A stretch of 64,000 bases of DNA, taken from assembly GCF_006345805.1 (NCBI RefSeq), contig NC_043002.1, positions 92,008,001-92,072,000 on the forward strand. Direction: 5' to 3'. Positions 54,749 to 64,000 of this stretch are shown piece after piece; within the stretch, counting starts at the first letter, position 1, and the number at the start of each line of letters is the position of its first letter. Below the pieces are notes generated by a model. That model saw only the letters and a program-made list of their open reading frames with translations, ran no database searches and had not been told where the DNA came from. The position numbers and the translations under genes were made by a program. This DNA is from Octopus sinensis. Its lineage: Eukaryota.

Positions 54749-56492
54749 ATACAGATATACATGTATCTGTACATGTATGTATGTATGTATATATGTATGT
54801 ATGTATATATGTATGTATGTGTATATATATATATATATATAATTACAGATATACATGTATCTGTACATATATGTATGTGCGCGTGTGTATGTATGTATAT
54901 ATGTATGTATGCGCGTGTATTTACATACATTAGTTCATATTTATAGAGTTATTACTATGATGCAGAAAATGTGTGGATCTCACAAGCCGAGTCTGCACAC
55001 GACCTTTACAGTTGTATAAAACTTCTCCGTCAAGTGTAACAAACGGCTCGTGACAAACATATTAACCTGTTTCTTTCTGAGCTTCACTTCAGGCAAACAT
55101 TGTTTTATACAGATTGACGGCAGAGTTCGTGCTTGAACGGCGCAAAGTTAGATCGATACTAGCTGAATGTGAAGGTAGATAGGCATGCTTTGAATGGCTG
55201 CGGAGTTGGAGCCGGTGCACACTTCGCTGATGATAATGGCGGCGTAAAACGCGTCGGCGATAATGTTAATGCTGATGAAGATTGTAGTGGATTCGAATAT
55301 TGTAATGGCGTCGCCGTTATAGTCGACGCTTTTGTGATTATTGTTGTTGTTGTTGCTGTTGTTGTTGTTGTTGTTGTTGTTGCTATTGCTATCGTTGTAT
55401 TTTCTTGTTTGTTATTGTTCTCCTTTGTTCTTTGTTGTTGCCTCTTTTCCTTTCCTTTTTGTTGTTGTTAAACCCCAGGTCAAACTCCTGATCAAGCAAA
55501 CGTGTAATTAAACGGTGTTCCAAATGTGGCCAGCCTGTCTTTTATTTTCAGTATTAGAGCGTCTAGGATTACACTATCCAGAGCTAGGCTGTAATTTGAG
55601 TGAGATTTAGTTGTTATTTCTAACACATCGAGCGATCAACGTCAAGACTCCACTTGTTTTCTTCTTATTGTTGGTGTTTGTATAGTCGTCACCATAGTAT
55701 TCTTGATATTAACATGCTTTGTATAATGGTAGTGGTGGTGGTGGTGGTGGTGGTGGTGGCGGCGGCGTCTGCGGTGCTGCGGTGCTGCGGTGATTGCGGT
55801 GGTGAGAATGATGACTTGTATGGAAATAGGAGTGGTGGTGGTGGTGGTGATAGCAAAGCAATAATGGTTTAATCTAATAAGAATGATGGTGGGGTTGTTG
55901 ATGGCGGCAGTGTTGGTTGGTGATGGTGAAGTTGCTTCTGGCAATGTCGGTGTTGGCGCCGTTGATGGCGATGTCAGCGTTCTGGATGTCGGTGCTGCTG
56001 ATGTTGAACTCAGTGTTGTTGTTATTGTTGTTGTTGTTCATGTTGGTGTAGTTTCAGGGATGAACCATTGGTGCTTATTGTCTGTGTGAATGTGTAGCTG
56101 GCCGTCTACATCCATGCCACACTCATCGATCGTGATAGGACGAAGATGGCGGCGACGGCGGATTTGCAACCGCCGTCACCGCCATGTATTAGATAGTACA
56201 CACATACATAGACGCATACACACACACACACACACACATGCACACACACAACGTCATACGCACACACACACATATATACATCTACATAATGTGTGTATGT
56301 AAACATATATACGTACATATACATGTATATGCATATAAATATATTTGCACATAAAATAGTGAATATAGATATATGCATATATACGTATACATGTATGTAT
56401 ATATATATACATATATATATATGTGTATTTTATATATGTATATATATATGTATGTATATATACATATATATGTATATATATATATATATATA

Positions 56493-56529
<37 letters not shown>

Positions 56530-56915
56530 CATATATATATATGTATGTATGTGTATATAAGCAACAATATATTATATATATATATATATATATTTATACA
56601 TAAATATATACGAATATTAATACGTATTATGTGTATATGCATATCTATATTGGCATATAAAATGAATATATATGTGTATATATATATGTATATATACATA
56701 TGTATATATGTACGTATATATATATGTGTGTATATATATGTATATATACATATGTATATATGTACGTATATATATATATAGAGAGAGATATAGACATATA
56801 TATATAGATATATATAGTTATATATGTATATGTACATATATAGACACACACATATATATATATGTATGTACCAACGTATATATATACATATATATATAGT
56901 TATATATGTGTGTGT

Positions 56916-56971
<56 letters not shown>

Positions 56972-57464
56972 GTGAGGAGACTGTACATATGAATGCGTGC
57001 TGTATGTAGTATGCATACATGTAGGCATATATGTTATATAAGGAATTAGCGAATGTATATAAGTCGTTATTATTGATAACTTATGTTTTCTAGTGCAGTG
57101 TCTACAGAATAGACATTGAGTCTTCAGGCCAGTGATTGTTGAAACTATACTGACTACAATTCATGTCATATCAAGCTATTCAATCATCTACAATCTATGA
57201 AACGATGTTAAATTAGTATAAATGCGCATAAGCATTATGTATGCGTATACGTTTGCTTGACTGTGTGGATATGTAAACGTACAAATATATATATGTGGGG
57301 GCGAGGGGGGATGGCTGAGTGTAGGTGCGCATGTTGTAAACAACGTAGTTAAATGGCGCTTTATTATGCAAAAACTGAAGTGTTCAAGTGCACACTTTGC
57401 ACCGGGACCTCTGGTACGAATCGTGTACGTTTCTATGTGTGTGTGTGAGTGTATATATATATTA

Positions 57465-57541
<77 letters not shown>

Positions 57542-57690
57542 TGTATATATATAGGTACATATATATATATATTATATATATATATATAGTATGTATGTAT
57601 GTATGTATGTATGTATGTATGTATGTTTGTGTGTATGTATGTATGTATTTATGTATGTATGTATGTATGTGTGTGTGTATATGTTTGTGT
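53980..57690. repeat. Extensive microsatellite / low-complexity region (TA, TATG, GTT, GGT)
   Basis: Visible directly. Confidence 0.85.
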
Positions 57691-58017
57691 GTCTCTCCTA
57701 GTCCACCCAACATCGCTTGACAACCGATGCTGGAGTGTTTATGTCCCCGTAACCTAGCGGTTCGGCAAAAGAGAACAGTTGAATAAGTGCGAGGCTTACA
57801 AAGAAAAAGTACTGGGGTCGATTTACTTGACTAAAGGCGGTGCTCCAGGCGGTATTTCGTCTGCTGTAACGTTCTGAGTTCAAATTCCGCCGAGGTCGAT
57901 TTTGCCTTTCATCCTTTCGGGGTCGATTAATTAAGTACCAGTTGGGACTGGGGTCGATCTAATCGATTGGCCCCCTCCCCAAAACTTTCGGGTCCTGTGC
58001 CTGAAGTAGAAAAGAAT
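57685..58017 (+). mobile_element. SINE A 3' part fused to a head-truncated SINE C
   Basis: ...GGCGGTGCTCCA|GGCGGTATTTCGTCTG at ~57848. Confidence 0.85.
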
Positions 58018-59334
58018 AAAATTTTTTCAAGTGGCTTCTTTTGACTACTCAAAGATTCAAACTTTAAACAGAAGTGTATAAACAATTTATTATATCACAA
58101 AATTTAGAATGAAATGTAAATTCGCCATAAACAGAATTTGAATAAGGAATCGCAGAGAGTAGAAAACTAACAAATCACTCGGTCGGTGAGGTAGCATTTC
58201 ACTCAAATTACTTCTCTTAGGTATCTCTGTTAACATTGACAATAATAGAATATTCTTTACACATGACTTCCTTGGAATCCTAATTTTTCACTCTATATTT
58301 CTCCAGCTCTTCCGCAGAGAATTTTATCTTACATCCCATTAAAAGTCCAAGAAAGTGTATTGTCCTTACGGTATATCTACCCAACTCCTAAAACTTCTTG
58401 AACACGATGCATGTAAACCAATGGTGCACACAATTTAATCTATCTCGTACAATTGGAATACTGCCCACTAATTTAAAATTTGCAAAATCCATTCCAAACT
58501 TCGAAAACGTTTTCCCTATAGACATTTATCTAACATTGAAAAGATACTTAAAACGATAATGAATTCACACCAAGCAGATTTTATTGACTCTTCCATCGTT
58601 TGTATTCTATAGGGTTTCTATGTAAAAGAATCATCCAATACGGTCTTGTCTTCTCTACTGCTGAAAATGCTCGGAACACACAAATCTTAAAGATTTTGAT
58701 TCCTGTATGTGGATTCAGTCATTTATGTATGTATTTATATAATTATTTTTTGATTTACGGATGTCATTTCATTTACACTTCAATTTAATTAGTCCATTAA
58801 ATCTTTATGCTATTCGTGACCTTTCAAACACCTGCTTAAAACTTATTTATCGTATCGTAATCAACTTCATTATCTCTCTGGCTTCAAGTCAATCACTGCA
58901 TAACACAAACTTAACTTCTCGTTTCACCCTTATTCTTTCTTCATATCAATCATCCACGAAGCAATGAATGGTACGATGATATGCTCAGCGGTTGATGACA
59001 GCAATCTATTCCTCCATCCATCATCTCCTCTCACTACTCCTGGGAGGTTTCGTAGAGGTAGAGCATCTCACGCACATCCTCCTTCGGGTTCTATCAGCAG
59101 TAACCGTCGATATACTTTCCGGTTGGGCTCTTCAGCGCGACCAACTGAAGCTATGGATAGAGGTTCTTGGTCTATATCTATGTCCTCTCCCGGTTGACTC
59201 GGCTTGAAGAGGATCTTGTGATCCTTCCTTGCCATACTCTAATAACATTTTCGTAGTACCGAAGCTGTAACTTCTCAATGCAGAGAAGTAGCTACTCGAA
59301 CGGGAGAGATTCCTTCATCTCTGAGTTACACTCT

Positions 59335-59747
59335 TATTTCTTTACTGCCCACAAGGGGCTACACACCGAGAGGACAAACAAGGACAGACAAACGGATTAA
59401 GTCGATTACATCGACCCCAGTGCGTAACTTGTACTTATTTAATCAACCCTGAAAGGATGAAAGGCAAAGTCGACCTCGGCGGAATTTGAACTCAGAACGT
59501 AGCAGCAGACGAAATACCTATTTCTCTATTACCCACAAGGGGCTAAACACAGAGGGGACAAACAAGGACAGACATAGGTATTAAGTCGATTACATCGACC
59601 CCAGTGCGTAACTTGTACTTATTTAATCAACCCCGAAAGGATGAAAGGCAAAGTCGACCTCGGAGGAATTTGAACTCAGAACGTAGCGGCAGACGAAATA
59701 CCGCTAAGCATTTCGCCCGGCGTGCTAACGATTCTGCCAGCTCGCCG
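59335..59747 (-). mobile_element. SINE family C dimer
   Basis: Full head at the right end; junction at ~59518. Confidence 0.9.
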
Positions 59748-60055
59748 CTTTGATCTTATACCCTCTGGTCAACCAATAGGAATATCATTTAAACTATTGC
59801 TACCAGTGAATTAGCTTTGTTAAAATAAGCATAAACGCAAGCAATACTGAAAACACGCTCTAAACGTATGAAATGCAAATTAATCCCCACTAGAAAAATG
59901 GTGTGTAGAAACAATATTTTATTGAGTGCATACACACATACACACACACACACAACATTCACACATTCACACACACACATACACACTCATGCAGGCATGT
60001 ATGTATGTTTTTCCTTTGAGTTTTATTTATGTTCTTATGTATGTATGTATGTATG

Positions 60056-60089
<34 letters not shown>

Positions 60090-60464
60090 TGTATGTATGT
60101 ATGTATGTATGTATGTATGTATGTATGTATGTTCTTCTATTTCTCTTTTTAATATTAAAGTAAATTTTGACCACCTACTTGGTAGCAAGATTCTAAAGGG
60201 AAATATCTTATTTTAACCATCATCCTTTAAATCTTAAGAAAGTCATGGAGGTTTTTATAGCCCTAAATATCGTGTTCCTTTATAGCATATGAATTAAGGA
60301 TTTGCTTTTTTCTCCCCAAGATCCATATTTTTGTTCCAGACGCGTTGATATGTATCCTATTGCCCAAATGGTAATCGGTATGGTGCTGAAAGTGGGTACT
60401 GAATCTGCAAACCCCTTGTCAATGGTCCATAGATGTCCTCTTATATTTTACTCCAAACACAGAT

Positions 60465-61130
60465 GTCCTATGATTTTGAAGAACCAAAGATGGTGAGGCC
60501 ATATTGTTCGAATGGCAGATGAACGCATGCCGAAACAACTGTTTTATGGTGAGCTTGCAGAGGGCAAATGCTATCGGCGTAAACCTAAAATAAGGTTTAA
60601 GGACGGCATAAGGACTACTATGAAGTCACTTGGAATGGATTCAAAAGACACAGAAATCCTTGATTCGGGTCGAGTTGGATAGCGAACAAAAGTGTGGAGT
60701 GGAGTGAAAGCATTTGAAGAGGCCAGGATAACGCAATAAGATTCAAAAGAGATCTAATCTAAGATAGAATGTAACGTTCGAGAATGTGAATGACAATGAC
60801 CTTCTTTTGTGCACAGTCTGTGACAGATTATGCCGTCTTTTGCTAGGCTCAAATCTCATCTGCGAACCGATGGAAAACGAACCTCCACCAACTATTCTGC
60901 TTGTATGTCTGTGAACACCTTTGAATGCAGTGTATGTCAGAAAGTCTGCAAATCCAACGGAGTCCTCAAAAGACATTTTAATATCCACAAAGATCAAAAC
61001 TTATTGGCAGCTCTTGGTGGTTCAAATCGCATATGCAATCTGTCTGGGTGCCTTTTCAGATGTCATGATGGTGCTAAGGTGTAGGTATAGGAGGTGGTCA
61101 AACTCTGCATAAGGAGTAGACAACCACCAT
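60465..61130 (+). mobile_element. RTE-clade LINE 3' end with C-terminal C2H2 zinc fingers
   Basis: RW*GHIVRMADERMPKQLFYGEL..KPKIRFKD (RTE/BovB signature), then CTVCDRLC/LKSHLR and FECSVCQKVCKSNGVLKRHFNIH. Confidence 0.88.
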
Positions 61131-61362
61131 GTATGCATGTAAGGAGTGAAGGTCACTTGGCAACCTGAAAGTGACACCCGTACTACTCACACATAGGACC
61201 GATTCTGAAGTGCTTCAGAAGAAGCACGAAGAAGGAGTCATTATTTATGTAGTATGTATGCATGTATGTATATATATATATATGTGTGTGTGCGTATGTT
61301 TATATGTAAGTGTGTACGTATGTTTATATGTATGTGCATGTGTATGTATGTATGTATGTATG

Positions 61363-61569
61363 TCATTATTCAGTTTATTTCATGATTTCTTGCCAATAAA
61401 GAAAGAATCGATTTCAAGTTTCCTTCATCGGAATTTCAACATCAACAACAAGGTATTTTTGCATGTATGTATGTATGTATGTATGTATGTATGTATGTAT
61501 GTATGTATGTATGTATGTATGTTTGTATGTATGTAAGTATGTATGTGTGTGTGAATGTAGGTATGTATG

Positions 61570-61603
<34 letters not shown>

Positions 61604-61889
61604 TGTGAAGATTTGTATATTTTATGTATGTATTCTCATGCATAGAGTTACACATCTAGACAAGCTCATATATATTTAAATGATAAACTTCTGGAATGTT
61701 TCACAGAATTTTACAGTTCCAGTGACGGATTGGATCTGTAGTCTTCGAATTAGCTTTCTCCTTTCTGGTTTTGAGAAGCCTAATTTCTCAAGATTGGTAT
61801 TTAAGCAGTACGTTACATATCCCAAACCCCATTAATTACAGGTATAAACCTGAACTTGTAATCTGGATACAGTAACTACAGTTTTCTCA
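61363..61889 (-). mobile_element. RLE-type LINE 3' end with (TACA)n-containing 3' region
   Basis: Minus RKL*LLYPDYKFRFIPVI..LGYVTYCLNTNLEKLGFS..TGTVKFCETFQKFII*. Confidence 0.8.
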
Positions 61890-61917
61890 TCCATCCATCC
61901 ATCCATCCATCCATCCA

Positions 61918-61951
<34 letters not shown>

Positions 61952-62034
61952 CATACATACATACATGCATGCATACATACATACATACATACATACATAC
62001 ATACATACATACATACATACATACATACATACGA

Positions 62035-62180
62035 TGTGCTTTTTCAGTTTCTGTCTACCAAATCCCCTCACAATTGGTCAACTCGAGGCTATTGTAGAAT
62101 ACACTTGTCTAAGGTGCCACGCAGTGGGACTAAACCAGGAACTATATTGTTGGGAAGCAAGCCTCTTGTCATAAAACCAC
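62035..62180 (-). mobile_element. SINE family A 5' half
   Basis: TTTCAGTTTCTGTCTACCAAAT..AAGGTGCCACGCAGTGGGACT. Confidence 0.8.
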
Positions 62181-62299
62181 GGTAGCGTCTGGCTGCTCTT
62201 TTTCTACGTTTTTCAAAATTTGCACATATATGCATACATACATACATACATACATACATACATACATACATACATACATACACACACACGTGCGCATAC

Positions 62300-62897
62300 A
62301 TCAAAGCAGTTTTTCATGGACGAAAAGCTGGATTGCTACCTCCCACTTTGAAATGTATGCGTTTGCAATCCAGAAACAGGAAATATCAACCAAGTACCTG
62401 ATGCACAAAAGGGATAGAGATGCGGGAAAAGCCGTAAAATGTAACAACCGATGCAGACTTTCTAGAGTTCACACTGAAGATATCACTCACATCATAAGCA
62501 GTTGTCCAGAAATGTCATCACGGTATTATCTAACGATGAGACATGACGTTGTAGCTAGGACGCTCTGTAATGAAATCCGTTGGAAGGATAATCGCGAGGA
62601 CAAAGAAATAAAAACCTACAAGATAGAAGCCATAGCTACTCATAATGAAAGGGAATACTGGTGGAATGTACCAGTGAAGACCTTTATATAATGTAATCAC
62701 GAGAGACCTGATATAAGGATGTGGGACAGTGAAGAGAAACTATGCACAGTTGTGGAAATTAGCTGCCCAGTTGTGGAAAATATGTTTACATAAAGCTGAA
62801 GATCAGTGAAAAATAGAACACCTATGCTGAACTATTGAGAAAGCTGTAGTTACTGTATCCAGATTACAAGTTCAGGTTTATACCTGGAATTATTGGT
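62300..62897 (+). mobile_element. RLE-type (R4-like) LINE fragment: CCHC knuckle + RLE
   Basis: AFAIQKQEISTK, CRL..EDITHIISSC, RHDVVAR, RPDI..VVEISCP. Confidence 0.85.
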
Positions 62898-62898
62898 A

Positions 62899-62985
62899 GA
62901 ATTTGAGCTCTGAAAGCAAAATCGGAAGAAATGCCGCTAAGCATTTTTTTTCCGGCATGGTAATGATTCTGTCAGCTCGCCGCCT
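62899..62985 (-). mobile_element. SINE family C head
   Basis: GAAATGCCGCTAAGCATTT..CAGCTCGCCGCC. Confidence 0.75.
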
Positions 62986-64000
62986 TCAACACCACCTTTG
63001 ATATTGATGATTATTCGTAAATTAATAGGAAAAAATACATGAAAAGTGTTCATTCTATTAATTTTGATTCAGCACGTGATAAATTTTAGTCCCTTCACAA
63101 ATCAATGCAAAGACCCTTAACCCTTATTTTTACCTCTGCTTCCATGTTTTTACTGATGATTTGAACACTTTACTTTGGCTTCTCTTTATAAATACTATCC
63201 CCCATGCAACAGTTATTAATCTATCCTCTGTACATTGAGCTGCGACCGACATTCAAATCATTTTCTTCAATAAATAGCTCACTCGTTATAGCTGACTCAT
63301 TATATATACCATTTCTATATTGTTTCGTTCGTTTGTTTGTTTTTTTTTGTTTTTTTACCTCACACTTTTTTATGTCTAACGTTTTATTCCTTTCTCAATC
63401 TATATAACTCTTTATATCCACTTTCTTATAGCGAAATCTTTATTGCCGAATCCTTTTATCTAACTCAAATTTATATCTAAGTCTTTATATCATCCGTTTT
63501 ATATAAACCGCTCAGTGCTTTGCATTTTATATGTAACATGTTATTTATCTTCTTTTTTTTAAAAATTCTTCTTACCGAAATCTTTATATCCAATTTCTTT
63601 ATATAAGAAATAAGTGTTTCTTTATTATCATATACAAGTAGCCTGCTACATACATTGAACAGTGGCTTCATAGAGTTCTCAGTTAGATGCAGAAGTTAAT
63701 AGCAAAGGTAAAATACTAAGCATTAAAAGACTAACAGACATGTAGTATTAATTATATACAGTTGGACGCAACTGCTTTCTGTATGGTCGTTCAGCATTGA
63801 CAGCGCAACAGAAGTGGATATTTTTTTATTTATAAATCTTCTTATATCCCTCTCCCCATAACTAAAACTATTCTATTAACAGTTGCTAAATTGCTTCTAA
63901 GGCAACCAATCAAGAATATTGGGCAGTTTCCAATGAAACTAATGTATCTTAATGAATTAATTTCTTTCTATCCGCTAGCCTCGAGCTATTCCATTCCAAC

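Noticed and set aside
55169-56190. V/G/H-rich ORFs
   Set aside because: Degenerate GTT/GGT trinucleotide low complexity with no domain signature
59100-59145. Minus-strand CTGAAGA...GAAA hammerhead-like motif
   Set aside because: Stem II does not pair
60830-61084. Host zinc-finger gene exon
   Set aside because: Contiguous with the RTE ORF C-terminus and 3' end; part of the LINE

Overview
AT-rich, microsatellite-saturated eukaryotic (animal) non-coding DNA. The repeat families look like those I recall from octopus/cephalopod genomes (inference, not checked against a database). I find no intact host protein-coding gene, and almost all listed ORFs are translations of simple repeats. The window is mostly decayed mobile elements: three tRNA-related SINE families (one often in head-to-tail multimers), Penelope-like elements (RT + GIY-YIG) with minimal hammerhead ribozyme motifs, R4/Dong-type RLE LINE fragments clustered in (TAA)n or (TACA)n tracts, an RTE LINE 3' end with C2H2 fingers, mariner and DD37D/maT-like remnants, hAT, Chapaev3-like and Merlin/MULE-like elements with clear TSDs, four non-autonomous Helitrons, and an apparently identical 1620-bp tandem duplication. 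The most notable signals are the hammerhead motifs (including a U3-A8 core variant in a ~290-bp inverted-repeat element), SINE concatemers that always restart at one hairpin-loop position, and an apparent twin-priming-type inversion in an RLE LINE. Coordinates were counted by hand and may be off by a few bases.
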